A stretch of 64,000 nt of DNA from Chlorokybus atmophyticus (lineage: Eukaryota > Plantae > Mesostigma and Chlorokybus algae). Positions 25,888 through 37,937 of the stretch are shown here, piece by piece (the stretch's first letter is position 1; each line of letters begins with the position of its first letter). The notes under the pieces were generated by a model. It was not told the origin of the DNA. It worked only from the letters and a program-made list of their open reading frames with translations, and did not search any database. Where the stretch lies: positions 1 to 64,000 of the forward strand of contig RHPI01001855.1 in assembly GCA_009103225.1 (NCBI GenBank), read 5' to 3'. Made by a program: the position numbers and the translations under genes.

Positions 25888-25909
25888 AGCTGCTCGGGCT
25901 CTCCGACTG
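25888..25909 (-). repeat. Right TIR of the Academ-like element
   Basis: Exact reverse complement of 15809-15830. Confidence 0.95.
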
Positions 25910-25910
25910 T

Positions 25911-26734
25911 TGTAGGAAGTGAGGGGCCGTCCACAGAAACCCTGTGGACCCACCCTCTATGGTATGGTAGTAAGGATAAGAGCTAAGAGAATAGAGGGTA
26001 AGAATCCCTCAAACACTTACCTAAATAATAAGCGTTTATGAAGTTCAAAGGATCAAAGGATCAAAGGACGCCGGTCGCGACCGGCAAAGTTCGGTCGAGG
26101 ACCGACAAACGCGCGGAACTCGCGCGCATTACCGAATTCAGCCTTCTGATAGGCTGGGCGGTGTAAACAAGAATGGAGCCGCTGGATCAAAGTCCACAAG
26201 ATCTGGACCGTCCAACCCACATCCCCACGATCATAAGCAGCTCAAATTTATGCATTAAAATATGCAAAATGAGCACAACAACATGCACAGTGTCACTCAC
26301 ACGCGCATGGAAATATACAAGCGAAACACTTGTCACAAAGCACTTGTATTAGCAGGGGTGCAACTTTAGCAACTGCTCGAAGCACGAAATGGAAATGAGA
26401 CTGCATTTTATACTATGCCTATCACTGATCTTGAAAGGCTACATAGCTGTCCAATGCATGAAAGAAATAAAGTTAACTAGGAAACGTGCCTCTAAATGTA
26501 AATGCAATTTTCAAATGCATGAAGGAGCAAATAAGGAAAAAGGTCCATATTCTTCCCCGTTAACTGGTGTGCTACGGGGTAAGACCCTACGCCTAGCCCT
26601 AGGGGCTAAGTCTCTAACGCTTCCAGTGGGGCGCGGCTTGATATAGAGGCTTTGAGGGGCCTACATAGGCAATAGGCCAGATATCTACAGTGTGGGGCCA
26701 TTAACTTGGTTAGTCCACTAGTTAGGCACTCACA
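25911..26734 (-). repeat. 3' LTR of Gypsy element A
   Basis: Colinear similarity to 34053-34912, with several substitutions and indels. Confidence 0.88.
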
Positions 26735-26899
26735 GTGTAGGGAAGTCCTCCCCTCTTAAACCAAGCTCACCTGAGCGGATAAAAGTGTACGGTCAAAAGT
26801 GACCACGAGGCGTCAAAGCAAGCTCCAAACCACGAGGGTTGGTAGCCGGACGCCACTTCAGAACCCAGTCTTTTTGGTCGCCAACTAACTGCTCGTTAG

Positions 26900-28481
26900 C
26901 TACTTGGTGTGCCGGTATCCCTGGTATAATGACAAGATAATTTGACTGAAACAATACTCTAACTGCGGACATGCCTCTTTGAAACCGAGTAGTTCTCGAC
27001 GGAGGTCCGGCTTGAGGTCCCGAGCCATGAACAGCCCGAGTTGGGTTAGGGATTGCTCTCGGGTTCGATGGTTCCGGTTCGCGGCGTGGAAACCGGTACT
27101 GGATCGTCTCTCACGTGACGCCTGCTGCGAAGCAGTGGTGCGTCTGCAAGCCGCTCACACACGTCATCAACAAGAGCCGCTGCCTGGTTGTCAGTGGCAG
27201 TGGTGGTGACGGCGGCAGTCGGCTTGGCAGGCTGCTGCGTCGCCGGCTTGTCAGGCCTGTCAGTGGCGTGGCCTTTGGCGCGCCGAGCTGACTGTCGGCA
27301 GCGCCGACGGCACTGCCGTGACGTCGTCAGCAGTGAAGACTATCATGGTAGTCATGGGCGGTGGCGGCGGTGATGAGGGAGCCGCGGCTGCCTGCCAACA
27401 CATCGTCGCATGTGAATACGCATCTATAGGCATCACACATGTATGTAATAAAGCCACTAGCAACGCGAATAGCATCGCCTGGCTCAGATAAACATGCCAT
27501 GTGCAATAACTTGCATTGTGAATTTCCATAACACTAGTCCAAATGGTCTGAAATTTGGCACACCCACACTAAACAATATGTGTGACATAACTACCAAGTT
27601 TGAGCCAAAACGAACAAGCATGCAATGCACACAAATGTGTCCAATTTGTGCATGTTAACAGGACTTGCAGAAAAATGCAGAAAAACGGTGCATGTGCACC
27701 TACAAAACACACTCAAACACTCAACCACACACCCTAGAAGGGGTGGCTTCATGTTGAGAGTCTAGAGGGGAGTTCACGGTGATGATATTCACCATTTCCT
27801 CTTCCTCTTTAGCCGATTCGGGTGTCGGCGACGAGGGCGCCGAGTCGGTGAGGCCATAGTCTACCTCGTCCTCGGAGAGCTCTTTAGCCTTCCCTTTGGC
27901 CTTGGATGCCGTGTCTTTGTCCGTGGTGTTGTTCACCACCTTGACATGAACACATGTGCATAAGTGTCTTCCTATAAGGTGACGATCGTGAAAGAACACA
28001 CGTGGACGTAAGCGTGCGAACACGAATAGGGGCTCGCGCTTGCGCTTGCGCGTGCATTTGCTACGTTTGCCCCTTGGTGCTCATCTATCACAAGGTCGTA
28101 CCTCCATAAGAGCGCGAGTGGTGTCATCGCACTCGGGGTCGGAATCATCAAAGTGGCGACGGCGCTTACGTCGAGGCGGGGTGGAGGTAGGGCTCGCCGC
28201 TACCTTCTTCCCTTTATCGCCTCCTTTGTACACGAAGGGTGGCGGGTGAGGCACCTTCGGGTTTCTCAGGCTCGTCGGCGCGGTCAGGAACCATGCCGCC
28301 GGGGTGAAACTTGGCCGCATGCTTTCCGCCACTTGTTCACATGCTTCACGCGGGAAACCATGTTGGCTTCGCCGCGCACGCGATGCCCGGATGGGTAATG
28401 GCGTGGTATCTTGTCCCACAAGTTGTCGGGAAGGTCACTTGGGTACTCACGCACGTCCAAGAAAAAGCGTGCACGAGGCAT
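26900..28481 (-). pseudogene. Possible spliced accessory ORF between integrase and the 3' LTR of element A
   Basis: Sense-strand open segments (28481-28284, 28419-28081, 28023-27721, 27529-27260) bounded by plausible splice signals (tag|GTCACAATG, GAG|gtacga, caag|GTGGTG, AGG|gtgtgt, gcag|GCAGCC). Low complexity; no recognised domain. Confidence 0.35.
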
Positions 28482-29118
28482 TGTGACCTATGCATACACA
28501 CGCGCGTGTTAGAATAAATGTGCACAATGTGCCTATGGCCCCAAATGCATGAAATGCTTCATGCTCACATTATCAAACTTGAATGCAACACTTGGCATGC
28601 ATTATGGATGAGCCATGGCAGATACACACTAAATCTCGGAGCTTACCTCGGCTCCAACAAGTAGAGCAACTACGTCAAAGTTACCGCACAGTCATTTCCC
28701 TGACGGTGAGCACGCTGGCGCCTATCTATATGCCAGAGGCGTAACTCTCAAAATATCTTTGACTGTGTGCGGTCACAGTTAGATACATAGCCAATTCGGC
28801 CATAAAATTGTTTCCAACCTAGTTAAGGGCACGTTGGTCAGCGGTTTGCGGCCGCGTTGACCCATGTTGTTGACTGACAGCGCGTCAGTCGGCCGCGGGC
28901 GGCGTGGCGCGTTCTGATTGGCCGGCCGCCGATCACATGGCTATAAAATTGCCACGCTAGCAGTTTAATTGTTGGTTTGTGATGACCAGCAATTGAAAAA
29001 CTCACAACATGACCCGATTTGGGCCAAAGTTGAGCGCGTTACTTCAACCCGGCTGCTCCACGCCTAAGTTGAGGGCCCATAAGGACCACAATACCCCTTC
29101 TGAGGTAAATAAATTAAA

Positions 29119-32100
29119 TTAGTTAATTTCATCACCCCTCACAAAATAAGGGGCAAGCCTGTTGACATGCACCGTTCTGTAGGTGCCGGTGTCAAGATGC
29201 CTGATTACCACTTGAGTTCTTTCTCTGTTGCAAATGCGTTTGATCTCGTAATTTACGAGCCATTTTGCGGTGCTGTTATTTGTGCGCGGGGAAATGCGTA
29301 ACTTCACACATTGCTTCCTTTTCAACCAAGACGCATTGCGAGGGTTGATGGGAGTTTTGCGAGATAAAAATTTAGAAGATTGCTTTGCCTGAGCTTCAAC
29401 AATATTCTCTGCCGCATGTTCATGCAATTTTTTTGTAATGCCTGTCCATTTTTAATGAACCATTCAAAGTTTAAATCTTCCAAGTTCATGGCTTGAAAAT
29501 TGTTTCCCTCAATTGCACTGTCGATAGGGAGTCGTGGTTCACAATTGTACAGCATGTGAAAGGGTGAGATTATCGTGCTGCGCTGGCGCATCGCGCGATA
29601 TCCCAACATTGCAAAAGGCAACATATCATCCCACCTGTCCATGTACGTCTGTGCGTACTTGGCAATTGCAGATTTGATGGTTTGATTGAATCTCTCAACC
29701 AACCTATTGGTTTGAGGGTGGTATGAAGCAGATTTATAATGTGCAATCTGCAATCTGTCCAAATCGTCGAGCAACTGCTGTTGCATAAACTCCTCTCCCT
29801 GATCACTTTGCAAGATCTTGGGAAGGCCATGTCGGCCAATAATGTCCTCCATGATGAAGGAATAGACACTTCTTGCCTCTTTGTTTGGCAAGGCGAGCCT
29901 CAGCCCACTTGGTCAGGTGATCAATGGCAGTGATCACGTATGTGTTGCCACGGAGGTTTGGTAGCTGAATCGGCCCTATAAGGTCAGTGCTTACTCTCTC
30001 AAATGCTATTGCACTCACTTTGATTGGCTTGAGTGGTGCAGGTTCACGCACTTTGGAGCGTTAGCTTGGCATTCTGTGCATGTTTTCACATACTTTTTGA
30101 CCGCCTCCTCCATTTTGTACCAAAAGCATCGCTTTCTCAGCCATTCGCACACCACTGTGGCGGAACGATGGCCTAAGTTATCATGCGCATCCGCAATGAA
30201 CTTAGCACGGGTCCAATGCGGAGGGATCAATCTGTCCTTCTCATCTGTAGAGGTTGACTTCAGCCACAAACCTTGTTCATATACAAAGTAGCGTTTGGCT
30301 CTGCTGATCACCTTTCCTCTGATACCTCGGGGCTTTCAGTTAATGCATCTTCCCCTTTGTGAGGTAAACAATCACTTGTGCATCATCAAGCACATCTTTG
30401 AACTTGATGGTGGACTTGTGTGGGCAATTTCTAGTCTCATGCTGATTGCGTATGTAGCAATACGAGCACCGTAATTTCTTGCGAGGTGGAGATGACTCTC
30501 CCTCGGGTGTCAGAGCTTCTTCTGAAGCTATCTCACTTGGAGTTGCGGAAAGTTTCTCAACTTCATTACTCAAATTAGAGTATGAGTCTGAGCTATCAGT
30601 GAGCTCCTCCCTTGTGAGACCGAAGCTCACCTGAGCTTCAACTGCCCCCACGGTGAGTACCATTGTCACTGGCATCAGTGGCGGTATTTTCGGGTCTGAG
30701 ACAGGCATGCGGCTTAGTGCATCCGCATTGCCATTCTTTTCATCGGAGGACAGTACTGAACGTCAAAGTCATATTGCTGCAATTCCAAAGCCCATCGGGC
30801 AAGCCGACCTGTGAAATCCTTTGTGGTCATCAACCACTTCAGAGAGTGATGGTCTGTGAGTACAGTGAACTTGTTGCCATGTAAGTACACTCTCCACATT
30901 GAGACACCCCATACAATGGCCAAGCACTCCTTTTCGAAGACACTGTAGTTTTCCACTGCGGAGTTGAGCGATCTGCTTGCATACGCAATGACTTGTTCTT
31001 TGCCATCATCTGTGTAATGTGCTAGTACCGCACCAAGTGCAAAGTCTGAGGCATCAGTCATCAAGAGAAATGGTTTGTGTGGGTTAGGTCTGACCAACAC
31101 AGGCGCTGTGGTGAGGCTTAGCTTGAGCGCATCAAATGCTTGCTGTTGTTCTGGCCCCCACTTAAAGTCTAACCCCTTTTTGGTGAGGTCATGCAATGAT
31201 TGCGCAATTTGTGGAAAGTTGGGAACGAACCGTCTGTAATATGAGGCCAACCCGAGAAAAGACCTGACTTGTGTCACACTCTCAGGTGCGGACCAATTGC
31301 GCACAGCTTCAACCTTTTCAAGTTGAGGTAGTGTGCCTGCCATAAACACATGGTGGCCTAAGTGCTTAACTTCTGTCATTGCAAATAAGCACTTTTGTGC
31401 ATTCAACTTGATGAGTGCCTTTTGTAATACAGCAAACACTTTTTCCAAGTGTTCGAGATGCTCTTCATAAGTGTTTAAGAAGATGAGTATATCATCCAAG
31501 TACACGGTGATAAAATCACCGATGTAGTCCTTGAGCACTTCATTCATCAAGCATTGAAATGTTGCCGGGGCATAGGTTAACCCGAATGGCATACACACAC
31601 ACTTCCACTCGTACAAGCCATCATGTGTGGCAAATGCAGTCTTTTCTTTGTCACTTTCATTGACAAGTACTTGCCAATATCCTTGCAAAGCATCCAAGCT
31701 TGAAAAGAACTTGGCATTGCCCACTTTTTCCAACACATCATCATAGCGCGGAAGTGGGTACACGTCTTTCCTTGACACAGCGTTTAGCTTGCGATAGTCA
31801 ATACAGAAGCGTATACTTCCATCCGACTTTGGCACCATCACCACTGATGAGGCCCACGGACTATTGGAAGGGCGAATGATGTTTGCATTGAGCATTTTCT
31901 CAACTTCTTCGTTGACCTGCTTGCGTTTCGCAAGCAGGTCAACGAAGAAGTTGAAAAAATTCTATCAACGACAACCGGTAAGGTCTCTGTTTGATAGGCT
32001 TTGCATCACTTGTGTCAATGGCATGCTTGACCAAAGGTGTGTGAGAGAGAGGATCCCACTTTTTTGCAAAGTTGTCTGTGTTGGATTTCAACAGTACCAT

Positions 32101-33860
32101 CAACCGTTGTTGTTCATCAGATGTCAATGTGTTTGACACTTTGAATTGTGTGTGTGCAATATCACAAGACTTATGTGCGCGTTGTTCGCGCGAAGTTGCA
32201 GCCACCGAACAAGTTAATGCAGGCTCGTACATGAAGTGTAAGTCTACTTCAACACTCCTGCCATGTGGCTTACATGCAAATGGCATTTGTTGGGTCGAAT
32301 AATCCAACTTCGCACCGGCTTTATGTAGCCAGTTTGTACCAATCAACAGATTGTAGTCCAATAATGGACTTATTTCTATGTCCACTGCTCGTGTCACATT
32401 GCCAATTGTGATGTTATGCTGTGGTAACGTGCCGGGGAAGGAACATTCCTGTCCGTTGGCTACGCGCATAGTGCGCGTTGTGGCTTGCATTGTTTTGTCA
32501 AGCCCCAAGCTTGGGAGCAGTCGCAATGCCCATTACGGTGCATGCTGCACCAAAGTCTACGACAGCTTCCAACTCATGGCCACTGACGTGAACCATTGCT
32601 ATATATAATATATATATTTTTGTAGCGCACAGCCATGGTGGCAATGAGGCTGGGAAACTCTATGGTTTTGATACCATCAGTTTCATTGGCCAACCCATGC
32701 AAGTAATTAAGCAATTGTTGCCAATACTCAGGGCTAACCTTGAGCAATTGCTTGATTGAGATTTTAGCTGTCATGTTGTCCAATTGTTCGATCACATTAT
32801 GCTTACCACCTTTAGGTACTTGTACATTTGGTAAATCTGTAACGTCAACTTGTGACACACTTGCTCTCACCTCAGCTTTGGGAGGTATAAAGACCTTCCC
32901 ACTTGAGGTAGAACTTGTGATTGCAAAGGCATTGTCCTCAGTGACCAAGTCTTGCAAACTTACTGTCTGCACTTGCCGCTGTGAGGAACTGTTGTGCACT
33001 TGCTTACGCAAATCATCCCTCTCTTTAATGAAGCATCCTCCTGCAATGTGACCCGGGTTGTCACAATATGTGCAGTGCAGGTTGCTTCTGTTAAAGTTTT
33101 TCTTAGCACCATTGTAGCTTGACTCAGGTTTGTCACCGCTTTTGTACTCGGAGTACTTGGTTTGCTTCACCATTTGGGTGTGAGAGTTCACTATTTGCTT
33201 AAGCTTTTGAGTAAGATTATCAACCTTTTTCTCAAGTGCATTGTACGCCGGGGTCACGTGCTTTTACGGCATTAACCTTGTCTTTGTCTTTAGCCTTTGT
33301 TTGCTGTTGAACCGAGGCCACGGACTCAAAGTATATTAAAGGTTTCGGGTATGCGTGCAGTCACCTTTTCAGCTCATTTCATGTAGGTGAGGGAGAAGTC
33401 CTTGAATAAAGCGTACCTTGCGCCACGCTGCGGGGAAGGTTTTCCCACCGAGTTTGTATATGAGGACTTGTACGCCATCTGCGTATATTTGCACTGATTC
33501 ACCAACTTCTTGTTTTTGACTGTTTGGTTTCGTCGTCCACACATTGGGATCATCAGTGTCAAAGCGCACGCGTAATGCCTTCTCAAATTGTCCCCAAGTA
33601 CCACAATCAGAATGGTCGAACCATTCTTGTGCGCCATCGCGCAAGTATGTGGTCGCTAAATCAAACTTCTCATCCTCAGACCACTGATATAACCGCGCAG
33701 AACGGTTGAAGTGTGAAATCCACCGACCAACATCTTCGTGGGATTTCCCCGAGAAGGTCATTAATGTTGGCATTGGAAACTTCCTTTGTGCCAATTTAGG
33801 CACGATAGGTGTTGCTTTCGGGGCAGGAATACCGGTAGTAGCAATTGCAACACCATGCAT
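29119..33860 (-). pseudogene. gag-pol: gag-pol polyprotein of Gypsy element A, frameshifted with stop codons
   Basis: Gag FSGKSHEDVGRW and knuckle CTYCDNPGHIAGGC; protease region LLIGTNWL; RT RFCIDYRKLN and YLDDILI; RNase H TDASDFALG, EKECLAIVW, TDHHSL; integrase HDNLGH...CTEC, TDLIGP, SDQGEEF, VERFNQTIK. Confidence 0.93.
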
Positions 33861-34052
33861 ACTGTCGGTACCCTCCTTAAGTTTTTGAGGGTTGGGATTG
33901 TCATTGATGGAATCCCGCTGTTGCTATTTGTACGCATTGTACTAATATGATAGGCTTAAAAGATTTATTACAATTGTAACCCCCCCCCCCCCCCACAAGA
34001 TTTTGAATGTTTTCACGCCCGATTGGCGTAGGCGAGACTTGCTCCAATACCA

Positions 34053-34912
34053 GGAAGTGAGGGCCGTCCATTAAAACCCTGTGGACCCACCCTCTATGGC
34101 ATGGTAGTAAGGATAAGAGCTAAGAGAATAGAGGGTAAGAATTTCTCAAACACTTACCTAAATAAGCGATTATGAAGCTCAAATGATCCAAGGACGCCGG
34201 TCTCGACCGGCAAAGTCCGGTCGAGACCGGCGTCCTTGGATCATTTGTGCTCGACCGACAAACGCGCGGATTACCAAATTCAGCCTTCTGATAGGCTGGG
34301 CGGTGTAAACAAGAATAGAGCCACTTGATTAAAGTTTAGAAGATCTGGACCGTCCAACCCACATCCCCACAATAATAAGCAGCTCAAATATGCATAAAAA
34401 TATGCAAAATGAGCACAACAACATGCACAGTGTCACTCACACGCGCATGCAAATATACAAGCAAAACACTGGTCACAAAGGACTTGTAGGGTTCATTTCG
34501 TGCTTCGAGCAGTTGCTCAAGTTGCACCCCTGCTAATAGGGGTGCAACTTTAGCAACTGCTCGAAGCACGAAATGGAAATGAGACTGCCTTACATACTAT
34601 GCCTATCACTGATCTTAAAAGGCTAAATGGCTGTCCAATGCATGAAAAAAGTATAGATAACTAGGAAACGTGGCTCTAAAAGTAAATGCATTTTTCTAAT
34701 GCATAAAGGAGCAAATAAGGAAAAAGGTCCATATTCTTCCCCGTTAACTGGTGTGCTAAGGGGTAAGACCCGGCGCCTAGCCCTAGGGGGTAAGTCTCCA
34801 ACGCTTCCAGTGGGGCGCGGCTTGATATAGAGGCTTTGAGGGACCTACATAGGCAGTAGGTCAGATATCTACAGTGTGGGGCCATCAACTCGGTTAGTCC
34901 ACTAGTTAGGCA
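34053..34912 (-). repeat. 5' LTR of Gypsy element A (last 6 bp displaced to 38063-38068 by the hAT insertion)
   Basis: Similarity to 25911-26734; adjacent PBS; carries two long hairpins absent from the other LTR. Confidence 0.88.
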
Positions 34913-35297
34913 CATAGTTGCCTGATACGGCATCGACGCACTTTGGCTACCGTATTATGCGCGTAGCAGGCAGTGGCCGTAGCAAGTGCGTGTATTCTGC
35001 CGTATTAGGGTTTCGTCTCAAAGTTCTCATTAGGGTTTTTGCATTCTAATGAGCAGTGTCAATATGCCGCCAAAAGCCCAGGGTTGGTGGCGGCAGTGTC
35101 GGCAGTGCCATTGTGGGCGGCGGCGGCGGCGTGGGGCGGAGCCTTAGCGCTGTGCTGGCGAGGAGTAACCTCTGGGTAGGTGAGTGTGTGTGCATGTGAT
35201 CAATTTTGGCGTCAGTGTGACGCCATTGTTGCTGTGTGGTTGTGCATGCTTATGTGTGCCTGCATGCCAGCGTCACTGACTGTACAATGTGTAGGGA

Positions 35298-37583
35298 ATG
35301 GCGTCTAGCAGTAGATCAGCTGATGAGTGGAAGCATGTCAATGAAGTTGTCAAGGATGGTGAGTCCAGCAAGCAAAGGACAAACCAAGCTACAGTCGAGT
35401 GCACTCACTGCAAGAAACAGTTCAATGGAGGGGTCACTAGAATCAGAGCACATCTGGTAGGCAAGGTAGGGGTTGGAGTGGCGGCGTGTCAAGCTGTGCC
35501 TGATGATGTCAAGGCCCATTTTGCTAGCATTGAACGAGCGTCAACTGCATCCATTTCAGCATCTAAGAGGAAGCGCACAGTAGGGGATGTGTGGAGTCAG
35601 GAAACGGTTGATCAGACCAATTCTGCACCTAAGCCAGTAGCTCAGCCCTCACCTATTGAGGCAGCATTCAATATGCAGCGCAAGGGACAGACAGATCAGA
35701 TGGTTGCACGCATGTTCTATGCAAGAGGGATATCATTCAATTTGGCAAAGAGCGTGCATTTTAAAAACGCTGTGCGTGCCATTGCCAAGTTTGGGCCATC
35801 ATACACGCCTCCCACATACAATGCATTGCGCACAAACCTGCTAGATAAGGTTAAGCATGGTATAGACGATCAGTTGGGAGACTTCCGGGCAGCAATCACG
35901 TCGTCCGGTTGCACAATCACTAGTGATGGGTGGACCGATGTCAATAGCCGTCCGCTCTTGAATGTGTTGCAAGTAGCACCAGCTGGTGCACTGTTCTTGG
36001 ACGCAATCAACACAGAGTCAAAGACAAAGACAGCCAACTTCGTTGCGAGCGTGTTATCTCAAGCCATCATCAAGGTACGCATCAAATGCAAGGTTGTGGG
36101 TTGCTGCATGTGCTGCAAGCATGCTACATATTGATGCACGCTTGTCTCAAGAATAGGTGGGAGCAGAACATGTGGTTCAAGTGGTCACGGACAGCGCCAG
36201 TGTGTGTGTTGCTGCTGGTCGTATCATCATGCAGCAGTACAAGCACATTCTCTGCAGCCCGTGTGCAGCACATTGTGTCGACCTCTTGCTTGAGGACATA
36301 GGCCGCTTTGAGTTCTTTGAACAAAGCATCAAGAAAGGGATATATGTGGTCACCTTCATTGCTAACCACCACAAGAGCCTAGCCCTTTTTAGGTAGGCCC
36401 GCCTTTGAGTTTGTGTCTCCGCCCGCACATGTGCACATACAATTGCTGACTGCACATACATGCATACACACATGCGCATGCACACACACGCGCAGCGCAC
36501 ATACATGCATACACACGCATGCATACGCATGCACACGCGTGCAGCACCCATACATGCATATACACGCATGCGCATGCATGCTGACTCGTGTGCTACGCTG
36601 CTGCCAGATCCTACACAACTAAGGCACTGTTGAAGCCGGGTGAGACTCGTTTCGTATCAGCCTTCATCATGCTGCAACGGTTGCTCGACGTCAAGGGCGA
36701 GCTAGCAAAGACAGTTGTAAGCGACGAGTGGACAACATGGGCTGCACGCGGGCAGCATCGCGCTCAAGCCGAGTTGACTCGCGAGGTCGTCGTTCTCTCA
36801 TCATCGTTCTGGAAGAGCGTTGGCACCATCATTGCTGCCCTTGAGCCCCTTATCGAGGTGCTGCGCTTGGTAGATGGCCCCTACCCTACGACGGGTAAGT
36901 GTGTTGTACATGTTGCTTGCATTGTCTTGCTTGAACATTAAAGTCTGCAATGCACATAGCACAACAACTCACATACGTATATGTGGTGTAGGCAAACTGC
37001 TGCATCACATGATGAGTGCTCGCGAGTCTTTGCAGGCATCTGTTCTGCCTGCCAGCTTGGTAGAGAGCATGCTCAAAAAGTTTGATGCACGCTGGCGGAT
37101 GATGAAAACAGACTTGCTTTACGCTAGCTACGTGTTGGATCCAGAGTTTCGCCTCTCCGCACAATACAAGAACGCTGACATCACTCGCGGAATTGGAACG
37201 TTGTTGAGCGCATGCTTACCACGGATGAGCAGGTGCATAACAGTTACTTAAGTTGTTATGTTCTCCTATCATGGCATGCAAAGTGCATGACTATTTAGAT
37301 ATGCACAGTGTAGGTAACAATGACTACGCAGCTGGCACAATATCGATGTGGAGAGGGTCTATTTGGACGCAATGCTGCCAAGGCTTCGGCTTCATGCATT
37401 CCTGCTCATCAGTGGTGGCTTCAATTTGGTGCTGAGGTCCCTGAGCTTCAAAAAGTTGCAGTTCGCGTGCTTGCGCAAATGACGGTGGCCTCGTTATGCG
37501 AGCGGGCATGGAGCACGTTCGATCACATCCACAGCAAGAAGCGCAACAAGTTGAAGCCAATCAGAGCTCGAGATTTGGTTTGA
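35298..37583 (+). pseudogene. hAT transposase (BED finger, DUF659-like core, C-terminal dimerisation domain), spliced, probably frameshifted near 37190 and truncated
   Basis: Exons about 35298-36074, 36157-36392, 36608-36894, 36992-37232, 37314-37583. Motifs VECTHC..RIRAHL, SDGWTD, VVTDSA, CAAHCVDL, PGETRF, WWLQFG..PELQKVAVRVL, CERAWSTF..IHSKKRNKL. Confidence 0.85.
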
Positions 37584-37838
37584 ATCTCCAGCAACATCGG
37601 GTTGATGGACAGAATTTCTGCCTCTGATTATGCCGAGCAATTTGCGGCATGGGATGTTGAAGAAGCAGAGGTGGAGGTTGGCGACAGCGATGAGGATGAT
37701 GTCTGCTCAGATGATGATGCAAATGTGGACACTCTAGCCTTTGGAACAGAGTTCCAGTAAACTTATGTTGGTGGTGTATAAGGCCAGAGCGCATATATAT
37801 ATATAGCAATGCATGTGTAAGAGTGTTGCTGCTGATGC

Positions 37839-37840
<2 letters not shown>

Positions 37841-37883
<43 letters not shown>

Positions 37884-37884
37884 N

Positions 37885-37935
<51 letters not shown>
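37841..37935. repeat. (CT)n microsatellite inside the hAT
   Basis: Direct inspection. Confidence 0.97.

Positions 37936-37937
<2 letters not shown>

Larger units (their letters stand above)
15809..25909 (-). mobile_element. Academ-superfamily (XPG-type, AcademX-like) DNA transposon, 10.1 kb, carrying cargo genes
   Basis: Perfect 22-bp TIRs CAGTCGGAGAGCCCGAGCAGCT (15809-15830, inverse at 25888-25909) and 4-bp TSD TTGT (15805-15808, 25910-25913). The internal large ORF has transposase, XPG/PIN-like and Cys8 domains. Confidence 0.82.
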
